From Dehalococcoidia bacterium (lineage in GTDB: Bacteria > Chloroflexota > Dehalococcoidia > Lucifugimonadales > HRBIN23): a DNA stretch of 55,888 nt. Below, piece by piece: positions 44,908 to 54,104 of this stretch. The translations under genes and the position numbers were made by a program. The stretch lies in the NCBI GenBank assembly GCA_046294495.1, contig JBKBKV010000005.1:1-55888 (forward strand), in the 5' to 3' direction. The stretch's first letter is position 1; every line of letters begins with the position of its first letter. The notes beneath the pieces were generated by a model. The model ran no database searches, had not been told where the DNA came from, and saw only the letters and a list, made by a program, of their open reading frames with translations.

Positions 44908-45776
44908 GCCTCCTCCTCCGTTACTTTCTCTCCCTGGGCAAAGGCGTAGGTTCCGTCGGGGCGGCGCTCAATCACCCTCCCCTCACCGCTAAAACGGCCA
45001 TCCACATCCAAACGGGTGCGCAGGATATCCAGTTCCTCTTCTGTAGGTGGAGGTATCACCTCTATCCGTTCCGCCAGCAAGGGGCGGAAACTCATCTCCT
45101 CCAGCACCTGCTCCACACTCACGAAAGAAGAGACGGCTATCAGGCGAAGGTGATGGCTCCTCTCCTCAAAGTCAAAGATGGCCCAGGGGGTAACCACACG
45201 CCATGGGCCTGTCCCCCTGGGCAGGCCGGCCCTCTCCCTTGCGCCCGGGGAGCCGTCCAGATAGCCAGGGGAGCTGATGAAGTCAACCTTCGGCACGAAC
45301 TTGCGGCGCTGCTGATCGGTGGCGATGATTGTGCGCCAGCACAGGGAGGCGATGGAGTCCGCCCCGCCGGGGCCACCGAAGCGCCTCCCCTCCCGCGGAT
45401 AAGCGCCCAGCCAGGTGGAGTTGATATTGCCGTAGGGGTCTACCTGGAGGGTGTTGATAATACCGCAGTCTATGTAACCCAACTGGGCATAGTCGCCGGC
45501 GATGTTCATGGTCGCCCACTGCACGGCGCGGTAACCGGAGCGAGCGGTCATCATACTGCCAATGGGGTCAAAAGGGAGGGCCGGTTCTGGGGCCACCACC
45601 CCATCCTCGGTGATGTAGAAGGCGTTGGGGGCGTGAAGCGCCTTGGCGATGAGCAGGGCGTAGAGAGGACCGCCCCCACCCGCCACCCAGTAACTCCTGC
45701 CGTCCTCCACCAGACGGGAGAGGATGCACACCTGCTGTTCCCGTTCGGTGAACCACTGGGCCGGTGTGCCGCGCAT
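44904..45776 (-). CDS. CoA-transferase subunit B (glutaconate-CoA-transferase GctB-like)
   Basis: ERE-QVCILSRLVEDG...WVAGGGGPLYALLIAKA...LGYIDCGIINTLQVDPYGNINST matches the family I CoA-transferase beta-subunit layout. Confidence 0.8.
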   Translation of the reverse strand: MRGTPAQWFTEREQQVCILSRLVEDGRSYWVAGGGGPLYALLIAKALHAPNAFYITEDGVVAPEPALPFDPIGSMMTARSGYRAVQWATMNIAGDYAQLGYIDCGIINTLQVDPYGNINSTWLGAYPREGRRFGGPGGADSIASLCWRTIIATDQQRRKFVPKVDFISSPGYLDGSPGARERAGLPRGTGPWRVVTPWAIFDFEERSHHLRLIAVSSFVSVEQVLEEMSFRPLLAERIEVIPPPTEEELDILRTRLDVDGRFSGEGRVIERRPDGTYAFAQGEKVTEEEA

Positions 45777-45947
45777 CGCCCCCTCCTTGTAGCCCCTCGG
45801 CTGTGGGTATAATAGCCATTGTTCCCTCCATCGTCAAGGGTGCAAGGAAAGTCTTTAGGGAATAGGTTTGCAAATCGTTGTCTTTTGCCCTCTATACGGT
45901 CTATCATGCGCTGTGAATAAAAAGGGGGTTTTGTCAGGAGGCGTGCA

Positions 45948-47168
45948 ATGGCCCATCCCCTGCGAGACCGCTACTGCATCGTTGGTGTGGGAGAGACGGA
46001 GTATTCCCAGCACTCTGGGTGCACCACTCGCGCCATGGCCGTGGAGGCAGTCAAGAAAGCCATAGAGGACGCCGGCCTTACCCCCAAAGATGTGGATGGC
46101 CTGCTCAGTTACCACATGGGGGATTCCACCCCTTCAACAGCCGTGGCGTCGGACCTGGGCATCCGTCCCAACTTCTTTATGGATGTAAGCGGGGGTGGCT
46201 CCAGCACCGAGGCCCTTATCGGCCTGGCTATGGGGGCCATGCAGGTGGGTATGTGCCATACCGTGGCTATCTACCGCTCTATGAACGGCTACACCCAGGT
46301 GCGCATCGGCGGCACCGGGGCAAGGGCTTCCACCCCCGTAAGTGGGAGTGAACTGCTGGTGCGCCCCTATGGGCTGATGAGCCCTGTCCAGCGCTTCGCC
46401 TTCGCCTTCACCCGCCACATGATGGAATACGGCACCACCAACGAGCAGTTGGCTATGGTGAAGGTGGTGCACAGCCGACACGCCAGCGCCAACCCTAAAG
46501 CCTTCAAGAAGGAGCCAGTTACCGTAGAGGATGTGCTGAACTCCCGGTGGATCGTGAAGCCGGTGGCTCACCTGCTGGACTGTTGCCTGGAGACCGACAA
46601 CGCCACCTGCATCATCGTTACCTCGGCAGAGCGGGCGCGCCACCTGCGCCAGCGCCCCATTTACATTATGGCGGTGCAGGGGCGTGGATCCCGCACATTC
46701 CCAGACAACCCCTGGTCCGAGGCCCCTATCACCCTTATCGGGGGAAACTACATCGCCCCTCGCATCTTTGAGATGGCTGGCGTTGGCCCTGAGGATATAG
46801 ACATCACCGGGTGCTACGACGCCTTCACCTTTACGGTGGTGCTTCAGTTTGAGGCCTACGGCTTTTGCAAAGTAGGCGAAGGGGGGCATTATGTGAGTAG
46901 CGGCATTACTGCCCTGGGGGGCAAGCGCCCCAACAATACTAGCGGGGGCCATCTATGCGAGGGTTACACCCATGGGATGAATATGGTCATAGAGAATGTG
47001 CGCCAACTACGAGGCCAGGCCGACGACTACTGCCCCGGCTGGCGTGAGGGAAAACACACCTACCAGTATGGGCCGGGCGGATGCCGCCAGGCCAGGGATG
47101 TGGAGATCGCTATGAACATGGGGTGGGGCACGCCTGGCTACGGCTCCGCCCTTATCCTGCGGAGGTAG
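45948..47168 (+). CDS. Thiolase-fold protein, SCP-x/lipid-transfer type (second copy)
   Basis: YCIVGVGETEYS..., thiolase-like N and C domains, NTSGGHLCEGYTHGMN. Confidence 0.85.
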   Translation: MAHPLRDRYCIVGVGETEYSQHSGCTTRAMAVEAVKKAIEDAGLTPKDVDGLLSYHMGDSTPSTAVASDLGIRPNFFMDVSGGGSSTEALIGLAMGAMQVGMCHTVAIYRSMNGYTQVRIGGTGARASTPVSGSELLVRPYGLMSPVQRFAFAFTRHMMEYGTTNEQLAMVKVVHSRHASANPKAFKKEPVTVEDVLNSRWIVKPVAHLLDCCLETDNATCIIVTSAERARHLRQRPIYIMAVQGRGSRTFPDNPWSEAPITLIGGNYIAPRIFEMAGVGPEDIDITGCYDAFTFTVVLQFEAYGFCKVGEGGHYVSSGITALGGKRPNNTSGGHLCEGYTHGMNMVIENVRQLRGQADDYCPGWREGKHTYQYGPGGCRQARDVEIAMNMGWGTPGYGSALILRR

Positions 47169-47170
47169 CC

Positions 47171-47671
47171 GTGCCAACCTACGAGTATCGTGGCCTGCTT
47201 TTGAGCCTCCCAGAGTTTGACCAGGAGCATACAGGTTACTTTGAGGCAGCCCGCTGCCACCAGTTGGTGGTGAAGCAGTGCCTAGACTGCCGCCTACTGC
47301 GGTGGGAGCCAGGGCCTGCCTGCCCCTTCTGCACATCATTGCGCTGGGAGTGGGCACCCGTCAGCGGCAAAGGGGAAATTTACAGTTACCAGATCGTCTA
47401 CCACACCGTGCTCCCGGGCTTTCGGGACTGGGTGCCCTACCCCATCGTGCTGGTGGAACTGGATGAACAGAAGGGGATGCCCACCCCCGGCTACGGCCTG
47501 CGCATCACCGCCAATCTGGTGGACGAAAACTTCCGCCCCGAGCGAGAGGAGCGTGTGGCCATCGGCGCACGGGTGGAGGCCGTGTTTATGGACTTGCCCA
47601 ATGGCCTCACTCTCCCCCAGTTCAAACTGTCTGCGGAGCAGCCCCGGGGGAGGGTGTGGCGGCACGGGTGA
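47171..47671 (+). CDS. DUF35 Zn-ribbon + OB-fold protein (second copy)
   Basis: GTG start 2 nt after the thiolase stop. LVVKQCLDCRLLRWEPGPACPFC ribbon, then GEIYSYQIVYH...IVLVELDEQ OB fold. Confidence 0.8.
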   Translation: MPTYEYRGLLLSLPEFDQEHTGYFEAARCHQLVVKQCLDCRLLRWEPGPACPFCTSLRWEWAPVSGKGEIYSYQIVYHTVLPGFRDWVPYPIVLVELDEQKGMPTPGYGLRITANLVDENFRPEREERVAIGARVEAVFMDLPNGLTLPQFKLSAEQPRGRVWRHG

Positions 47672-47698
47672 TAAAGCGAGGCCACCAGTGGACGATTA

Positions 47699-47724
47699 GG
47701 GGCCTGGCGATGTCGCCAGGCCCC
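47699..47724. terminator. Bidirectional hairpin between convergent genes
   Basis: GGGGCCTGGCG/CGCCAGGCCCC, an 11-bp stem with 4-nt loop, between the DUF35 gene (+) and the lyase gene (-). No clear U tract. Confidence 0.45.
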
Positions 47725-47739
47725 CTCCGTATACTTCCC

Positions 47740-49158
47740 CTAGCCCGACACCGGCCCCGCCCCTAACCCTGGCTCTGTCATCTTCTCCGGGTTCAGGATT
47801 TGGTCCAGTTCCGCCTCGGTGAGGGTGGTGCGCTCCCGGGCCACTTCGCGAATAGTTCGCCCCGTTCTCGCCGCCTCTTTGGCTATTTCGGCAGCCTTGT
47901 CATAACCGATGACCGGGGCCAGGGCGGTGGTGAGCATCAGGCCCTTCTCCACCATTTCCGGGCCTTTTGCAGTGGCCTTCAGCCCCTTGACGCACTGCTC
48001 GGAGAAGTTACGGACCGCTGATGCCAGCAGAGAGGCCGATTCCAGCAGGTTGCGGGCGGCCAGGGGCATCATAAGGTTCAACTCAAAGTAACTTCCCAGG
48101 TCGGCCTGCACTACGGCTACATCGTTGCCCAGCACCTGCCCACACACCTGGATTAGCGACTCGGCGATGACAGGGTTCACCTTGCCTGGCATAATGGAAC
48201 TCCCTGGTTGCACCTCAGGCAGAAGGAGTTCCCCCAGCCCCGCTCGCGGCCCCGACCCTAACCAGCGAATGTCGTTGGCAATCTTGTTCAGGCTCAGGGC
48301 AACGGTGCGCAACGCCCCACTGGCCATGGCTACATTGTCCAGCGTCGCCTGGGCCTGGAAGTGGTTGTCCGTCTCCCGGATAGGGTGACCCACCACCTGG
48401 GAGAGGAGGGCGCAGACGGTGGAGGCGAACTGGGGGTGGGTGTTCACCCCTGTGCCCACTGCTGTGCCCCCCAGAGCCACCTCGGAGAGTTCGTCCAAGG
48501 CGTAGTTCAGGCGGCGGATGCCCCTCTCCACCTGTCCCGCATACCCTAGGAACTCCTGCCCCAGGCGGATGGGCGTGGCGTCTTGCAGGTGCGTGCGCCC
48601 CGTCTTGATAATGGGCCAAAACTCCTGAGACTTGGCCAGCAGGGCCTGGCGAAGCCCCTCCAGGGCAGGGAGCAAGTCCTCCTTTATAGCCATAATGGCC
48701 GCAAGGTGGATAGCCGTGGGAATTACATCATTGGAGGACTGCCCCAGGTTCACATGGTCGTTGGGGTGCACCTTGCGAGACCCGCGTGGGAAACCCAGGA
48801 TCTCGCCGGCGCGGTTGGCGATAACCTCGTTGGCGTTCATGTTGGTGGAAGTGCCCGACCCCGTCTGGAAGATGTCCACAACGAACTGGTCGTCCCACTT
48901 CCCCTCGGCCACCTCCCACGCCGCCTGGACCATAGCGTTGCCAATAGCCGAGTCCAAAAGGCCCAGTTGCATATTGGCCTTGGCCGCCCCCCATTTGATA
49001 AGACCTAGGGCACGGATTAAGCGCCTGGGAAAGCGCAGGCCGCTAATCGGGAAGTTCAACACCGCCCGCTGGGTAGAGGCACCGTAATACGCATCGGCGG
49101 GCACCTCCATTGGCCCCATAGAGTCGCGCTCAACGCGTGTAGGACGGGTAACCGTCAT
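47740..49158 (-). CDS. Class II fumarate hydratase / aspartate ammonia-lyase family enzyme
   Basis: RVERDSMGPMEVPADAYYGASTQRA, TGSGTSTNMNANEV, SS-loop GSSIMPGKVNP. The fumarase versus aspartase choice is not resolved from sequence alone. Confidence 0.8.
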   Translation of the reverse strand: MTVTRPTRVERDSMGPMEVPADAYYGASTQRAVLNFPISGLRFPRRLIRALGLIKWGAAKANMQLGLLDSAIGNAMVQAAWEVAEGKWDDQFVVDIFQTGSGTSTNMNANEVIANRAGEILGFPRGSRKVHPNDHVNLGQSSNDVIPTAIHLAAIMAIKEDLLPALEGLRQALLAKSQEFWPIIKTGRTHLQDATPIRLGQEFLGYAGQVERGIRRLNYALDELSEVALGGTAVGTGVNTHPQFASTVCALLSQVVGHPIRETDNHFQAQATLDNVAMASGALRTVALSLNKIANDIRWLGSGPRAGLGELLLPEVQPGSSIMPGKVNPVIAESLIQVCGQVLGNDVAVVQADLGSYFELNLMMPLAARNLLESASLLASAVRNFSEQCVKGLKATAKGPEMVEKGLMLTTALAPVIGYDKAAEIAKEAARTGRTIREVARERTTLTEAELDQILNPEKMTEPGLGAGPVSG

Positions 49159-49301
49159 ATACCACCTCCGGAGGTGTAATGCACCCCCATACTACCCTGC
49201 TCCCCCTCTGTCAGTGTAGGGCCGAAGGGCCTAAGAATTGCGTAGGCGGGTGTTGCCTCGCCTGACCCGCTACGCTACCATAAAACGGGCTGGATAGTAT
49301 T

Positions 49302-50732
49302 ATGAACACCGTTTCTGCGCCACGCCTGGCCGCTCTGGAGCGGCTGGCTCTCCACAACTTGCGCAGGGTAGAAGAGGCCGAGTTTCGCAGTGCCCTAGAG
49401 GAGGCTCTGGCCCAACTTACCGGTGCCAAGGGGGCAAACCTCCTCCCTGCCGGGGCATCGCCCCCAAAGGGAGCGCTTGCCCTGCCCCTGGAAGCAGAGG
49501 GGCATTCCTTGGGGAGCCTGGTTTTGGATGGGGTGGAGGCCCCAACCCCCGGTCTACTAGAGGAGGCCAAGGCGGTGGCCCTGGTGGGGCTGGCCCTGCT
49601 CCAAGCAGGAGAGGCACTGCGCCGCGAGGAGCGCCTTCAGCGGGAGGCCCGTGCCCGCCAACGACGCCTCCAGGCCATAATAGACGCAATCCCAGAGGCC
49701 TTGCTCATTGTGCAGGCCCCTACGGCCCACATCAGCATGGCCAACCGCTGGGCGCACCGTATGCTGGGCACCACAGAAGACGGCCGCCTGGCCATTGGCT
49801 CTCTCTACGACCTGCGCCTGTTCACCCCAGAGGGAGTGCCCCTGCCCTTTGAACAGCGCCCAACCACACGATGCCTCCGGGGCGAGGTGTGTGAAGGGCT
49901 GGAGGTGCTACTGGAGGTGCGCCCCGGTCAACGCATCCCCCTGCTAGTAAACGCCGCCCCACTATCCGACGAGCACGGACACACCATAGGGGCTGTGGTG
50001 GTGTGGCAAGACATCACCCACCTGAAGCGCATGGAGCGCCTGCGCTCGGACTTCCTCTCCATGGTGAGCCACGACCTGCGCACACCCCTGGCCAGCATCA
50101 AGGCCGCCGTCTCCACCCTTCGCACCACACCTGCCCTTGAGCCTGCATCCCAGCAGGGGTTGCTCCAGGCTATTGACGAGGAGACAGAGCGACTGGTGCG
50201 TATGGTCAACAACCTGCTAGACCTCTCCCGGCTAGAGGCAGGGGCGTTGCCTGTAGAGCCAGAGGAATGCTGGCTGGCGGACATCGTCCAGCAGGCTGTC
50301 CGCGAAGTGGAGCGGGCAGGGCTGGCCCAGGGACGCGGTATACAGATACACCTGCCACCGGATCTACCTCCACTCTGGGCGGACTTCTCCCATATCCAGC
50401 GGGTGGTGGTGAACTTGCTGGTCAACGCTCTGGCCCACGCCCCGTCCACCACCCCCGTGCGTATTACCGCGTCTCACGACGCCCGGCGCAATGAGGTGCT
50501 GGTGAGTGTAGCCGATGAGGGGCCGGGTATACCCGCAGAGGACATCCCCCACCTCTTTGAGCGCTTCTATCGCCCTAGGCAGAAGGGGGGACACGGAACG
50601 GGCCTGGGCCTAGCCATCTGCAAGGCCCTGGTGGAACTCCACGGCGGGCGTATCTGGGCCGAGAGCACGCCGGGGCGCGGCTCCACTTTCACCTTCGCCC
50701 TCCCCATAGGGGGGCACACGCCCCAGGGGTAA
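49302..50732 (+). CDS. Cytoplasmic sensor histidine kinase (GAF-like + PAS + HisKA + HATPase_c)
   Basis: No TM segments. PAS block IIDAIPEALLIV..., H-box FLSMVSHDLRTPL, N box LLVNALAHA, G boxes DEGPGI and GTGLGLAICK. Confidence 0.8.
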   Translation: MNTVSAPRLAALERLALHNLRRVEEAEFRSALEEALAQLTGAKGANLLPAGASPPKGALALPLEAEGHSLGSLVLDGVEAPTPGLLEEAKAVALVGLALLQAGEALRREERLQREARARQRRLQAIIDAIPEALLIVQAPTAHISMANRWAHRMLGTTEDGRLAIGSLYDLRLFTPEGVPLPFEQRPTTRCLRGEVCEGLEVLLEVRPGQRIPLLVNAAPLSDEHGHTIGAVVVWQDITHLKRMERLRSDFLSMVSHDLRTPLASIKAAVSTLRTTPALEPASQQGLLQAIDEETERLVRMVNNLLDLSRLEAGALPVEPEECWLADIVQQAVREVERAGLAQGRGIQIHLPPDLPPLWADFSHIQRVVVNLLVNALAHAPSTTPVRITASHDARRNEVLVSVADEGPGIPAEDIPHLFERFYRPRQKGGHGTGLGLAICKALVELHGGRIWAESTPGRGSTFTFALPIGGHTPQG

Positions 50733-50734
50733 GC

Positions 50735-51454
50735 GTGCCGCCCCCCAAACCCTCCCGTATCCTGGTGGTGGAAGACGACGCCCGCCTTTGCCGTTTCCTG
50801 GTAGACCTCCTTCGCCGCCAGGACTATCAGGCCGAGATGGCCCTGGATGGGAACCAAGCCCTGACGGTGGCCGAGACCTTTCAGCCCCATCTGGTCGTCC
50901 TGGACCTTGCCTTGCCGGGGCTGAATGGGCTGGAGGTGCTACAGCGCCTGCGCCAGTGGAGCACTGCCCCCGTCATTGTCCTATCCGGGCGGGGCGAAGA
51001 GGCGCTAAAGGTAAAGGCACTGGATATGGGGGCCGACGACTACCTCACCAAGCCCTTTAGCCCCCCCGAGTTGCTGGCACGTATCCGTGCCCTGCTGCGC
51101 AGAGCAGAGCACACCCCCCCAGGCCATGCCCCCGCAGCCTTGTCCTTCGGCGACCTGACCATAGACTTTAGCGCTCGCCTTGTGAAGCGAGGGGGGAAGG
51201 AGGTGCCCCTCACACGCACCGAGTTCGCCCTCCTACAGGTATTGGCGGCCAACGCCGGGAAGGTGTTGACCCATAAGGAGCTGCTCCAGCAGGTGTGGGG
51301 GCCGGAGTATGGCGAAGAGGCAGAATACCTTCGCACCTTTATCAAGCAGTTGCGCCGCAAACTGGAGCCCGACCCCTCCCGCCCCCGTTACATCCTGACC
51401 CAGCCGGGCGTCGGATACCGCTTCCAGCCCCCAGGGGAGACTACATCTAGGTAA
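50735..51454 (+). CDS. OmpR/PhoB-family response regulator (KdpE-like)
   Basis: Receiver ILVVEDD...LVVLDLALPG...VIVLSGR, and winged helix LTRTEFALLQVL...YLRTFIKQLRRKLEPDPSRPRYILTQPGVGYRF. GTG start 2 nt after the kinase stop. Confidence 0.85.
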   Translation: MPPPKPSRILVVEDDARLCRFLVDLLRRQDYQAEMALDGNQALTVAETFQPHLVVLDLALPGLNGLEVLQRLRQWSTAPVIVLSGRGEEALKVKALDMGADDYLTKPFSPPELLARIRALLRRAEHTPPGHAPAALSFGDLTIDFSARLVKRGGKEVPLTRTEFALLQVLAANAGKVLTHKELLQQVWGPEYGEEAEYLRTFIKQLRRKLEPDPSRPRYILTQPGVGYRFQPPGETTSR

Positions 51455-51564
51455 AACCAGCCCCTTCACACTTTTTTCACGGGCGCGCCCCCTCCCTTCA
51501 CACCTTCTTCACAAAGGCCCCCTACACTATGGTCTGGAAAGGGCTACCAAGAGGAGGGAAGGGA

Positions 51565-51975
51565 ATGGCACGCCCCATAACGCTTCTCCTGGTGGAAGAC
51601 GACCCCACCCTGCTCCACACCCTGGCTCTCGCCCTGGGGGCGCGGGGCTATAAGGTGCTCACCGCCGGGTGCGTGCGGGAGGGGCTGTCTGTCGTCGCCG
51701 GGACGGGACAGGTAGACGCTATGGTTATAGACCTGGGTCTGCCGGACGGGATGGGGTGGGAATTGGTGGAACACCTGCGTCAAGTTGGGCGCACACCCCC
51801 TCCCACCGTGCTTATCAGCGCATCTACCCTCTCCCCCAGGGAGGTGCACGCCCACGGCCTGACCGCCTATCTGCCCAAACCCTTTAGTGTGGAACATCTG
51901 GTGGAGGTGGTCTCCCTGGCCATGCAAAGGTCTGGGACAACTATATCCCCCCACAACAAGGAGGTGCTACTATGA
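51565..51975 (+). CDS. Stand-alone receiver-domain protein
   Basis: ITLLLVEDDPTL...AMVIDLGLPDG...VLISAS...YLPKPF. No output domain. Confidence 0.7.
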   Translation: MARPITLLLVEDDPTLLHTLALALGARGYKVLTAGCVREGLSVVAGTGQVDAMVIDLGLPDGMGWELVEHLRQVGRTPPPTVLISASTLSPREVHAHGLTAYLPKPFSVEHLVEVVSLAMQRSGTTISPHNKEVLL

Positions 51976-52166
51976 TCTGGTTTAGAGCATGCCCACGGTG
52001 CCACGGCGACTTGCGGGAGGTGGCCGACCATTGGGGGAGAACGGTGCTTTGCCTCCAGTGCGGGTATGAACTGACCCCCGCCCAGGAGATACGCCTGCGC
52101 ATGGCCGCTGCCCAGAGGGGGCAACCTGCTTCACCCAAGCGGGATATGGTGGCCATAGGACGCTAA
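51972..52166 (+). CDS. Small Zn-ribbon protein (64 aa)
   Basis: CPRCHGDL...CLQCGYEL, i.e. two CxxC pairs. ATGA overlap with the receiver gene's stop. Confidence 0.4.
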   Translation: MIWFRACPRCHGDLREVADHWGRTVLCLQCGYELTPAQEIRLRMAAAQRGQPASPKRDMVAIGR

Positions 52167-52192
52167 ACCCTCTTTAGCATAGGAGGCACGCT

Positions 52193-53092
52193 GTGAAGAC
52201 TATACTGGTGGCGTTGGATGGCTCCCCTATCGCTGAGCAGGTGCTGCCCCTTGTGCGCCTCTTGGGAGAGCGTCTGCCAGCCAGGCTAGTTCTATTCACA
52301 GCGGTGCCTCCTCTGACAGGAGAGGTCCAACGAGCCTACGCCCAACTGCGCCTCCCTTTGGATGTGGCGGTGCACCTGGCCCGGGCCGAGGAATACCTCT
52401 CCCTTACAGCACGCCCGCTGCGGGGGGCAGGGCTGGAGGTGGTTATCAAGGCGCAAGAGGGGGAGCCAGTTGATCAAATCCTCACTTATGCCCAGGAGGT
52501 GAAAGCCGACTTTATCGCCCTCACTACCCACGGGCGCACCGGCTTCGCCCGCCTGGTGATGGGGAGCGTGGCCGACCGCCTTCTGCGCACCTCTTCTGTC
52601 CCTCTCATCCTAGTGAAGGCGCGGCCCCCCACAGCGCGCCCCGCACCCCCCAGGGTGCAGAGCGTCCTCGTCCCCCTGGACGGGTCTCCCCTGGCCGAGG
52701 CTGTCTTGCCCACGGCCCGAGAACTGGCCAAGGCCTTGCAGGTGGACCTGCTTCTAGCCCGGGTGGTCAGCATTCCGGTGGCCATTAGCATGTGGCCCGA
52801 GGCCTCCACCTATCTGGCCGAGACGCTAGAGAGCCTGCGTCAGGAGGCCCAGACCTATCTGTCGGCTTTGCAAGCCGACATTACGGCCAAAGGAGAAAGT
52901 GTGCGCACAGAGGTAAGGGAGGGCCAGCCAGCGGAGGAAGTGGTGGCTCTGGCCCGCCGCCACAGTTCACTGGTGGTGATGGCCACCCACGGCTATGGTG
53001 GTGCCCGTCGCCTCTTCCTGGGTAGCGTGGCACAGCGGGTTCTTCTTACCCTGGGCGGGCCGGCCGTGGTAATGCGCCCACAGGGGGTGTAG
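52193..53092 (+). CDS. Universal stress protein, tandem UspA domains
   Basis: Two repeats of ILVALDGSP...A..VLP... and ...HGRTGFARLVMGSVADRLL / HGYGGARRLFLGSVAQRVL. Confidence 0.8.
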   Translation: MKTILVALDGSPIAEQVLPLVRLLGERLPARLVLFTAVPPLTGEVQRAYAQLRLPLDVAVHLARAEEYLSLTARPLRGAGLEVVIKAQEGEPVDQILTYAQEVKADFIALTTHGRTGFARLVMGSVADRLLRTSSVPLILVKARPPTARPAPPRVQSVLVPLDGSPLAEAVLPTARELAKALQVDLLLARVVSIPVAISMWPEASTYLAETLESLRQEAQTYLSALQADITAKGESVRTEVREGQPAEEVVALARRHSSLVVMATHGYGGARRLFLGSVAQRVLLTLGGPAVVMRPQGV

Positions 53093-53096
53093 AAAC

Positions 53097-53360
53097 ATGG
53101 AGTTCCTGGTGCAGGTGCTGGTCAGCCTGAAGCCAGCCGTCAACGACCCCCAGGGCCTAACGGTGCAGAACGCCCTGCGCGACCTGGGCTTCCCAGGGGT
53201 GCGACGGGTGCGCGTGGGGAAATACCTTGAGGTGCTTCTGGAGGCGGAGAGTCTGGAGGCAGCCCAGCGTCAGGCCGAGGAGATGTGCCGCAAACTCCTG
53301 GCCAACCCGGTCATTGAGCAGTTCCAGTTCACCGTGCGAGAAGTCAGCCTTACACCCTAA
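53097..53360 (+). CDS. purS: Phosphoribosylformylglycinamidine synthase subunit PurS
   Basis: 87 aa. VSLKPAVNDPQGLTVQNALRDLGF..VRRVRVGKYLEV is the PurS signature. No purQ or purL follows. Confidence 0.85.
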   Translation: MEFLVQVLVSLKPAVNDPQGLTVQNALRDLGFPGVRRVRVGKYLEVLLEAESLEAAQRQAEEMCRKLLANPVIEQFQFTVREVSLTP

Positions 53361-53369
53361 ACATACCAC

Positions 53370-54050
53370 TTACCCTAGTTCCGGCCAGAAACGCTCCTCC
53401 TGCCAGGGGTCGCCCCGCATATGGTAACCCCGCAACTCCCAGAAGCCCGGCTTCTCCGTATCCATAAACTCCAGGCCGTTCACCCACTTGGCGCTCTTCC
53501 ACCCGTAGAGGTGGGGCACCACAAGGCGCAAAGGCCCTCCATGCTCCGCGGCCAGAGGTTTGCCATCGTGGCGGTCGGCTAACAGGGTAGTCTCCGCCAG
53601 CAGATCCTCCAGCAGAAGGTTGGTGGTGTAGCCCCCGTAGCAATGCACCATAACATAGCGTGCATCACCCTTGGGACGCGCCAACTCCACGAGGGTGCGG
53701 GCGGAGACCCCCTCCCATGCGTTCTCCAGACGGCTCCACTGGGTAACGCAGTGGAAGTCAGCGGTAATGGCGATGCGCGGCAATGCCTGAAACTCTTGCC
53801 AGGCAAGTTCCCTTTCCTGCTCCACCAGGCCAAAGAGGCGGAAGCGCCATTTGGCCAGGTCAATACGCGGCGTGGGGCCATAAGTGAGGACGGGGAACTT
53901 GGTGGTAACGAACTGCCCTGGCGGCACCTTCAAGTGCGGTGGCACATCCTGTCTGATAACCTTTGGCGGGCGTGGAGCGCGTGGCTCGTTCACTGCCCTC
54001 CCTCCCCCTGAGGCTGTCCCCATGTTAGCCACAGAGTAGAGCGCTGTCAA
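53370..54050 (-). CDS. Small sulfite-oxidase-like molybdopterin-binding oxidoreductase
   Basis: Oxidored_molyb pattern: ADFHCVTQWSR (Mo-ligand Cys context), GKPLAAEHGGPLRLVVPHLYGWKSAKWV. No signal peptide is seen, and the start is uncertain (54050 or 54023). Confidence 0.75.
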   Translation of the reverse strand: MTALYSVANMGTASGGGRAVNEPRAPRPPKVIRQDVPPHLKVPPGQFVTTKFPVLTYGPTPRIDLAKWRFRLFGLVEQERELAWQEFQALPRIAITADFHCVTQWSRLENAWEGVSARTLVELARPKGDARYVMVHCYGGYTTNLLLEDLLAETTLLADRHDGKPLAAEHGGPLRLVVPHLYGWKSAKWVNGLEFMDTEKPGFWELRGYHMRGDPWQEERFWPELG

Positions 54051-54104
54051 ACACCTAGGGGCAGTCGCCCTAAAAAGAGAACACCCACAGCGCCCTTTAG
54101 AGGC

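Noticed and set aside
44892-45812. 306-aa plus-strand ORF
   Set aside because: Antisense to the CoA-transferase B gene. Shadow ORF.
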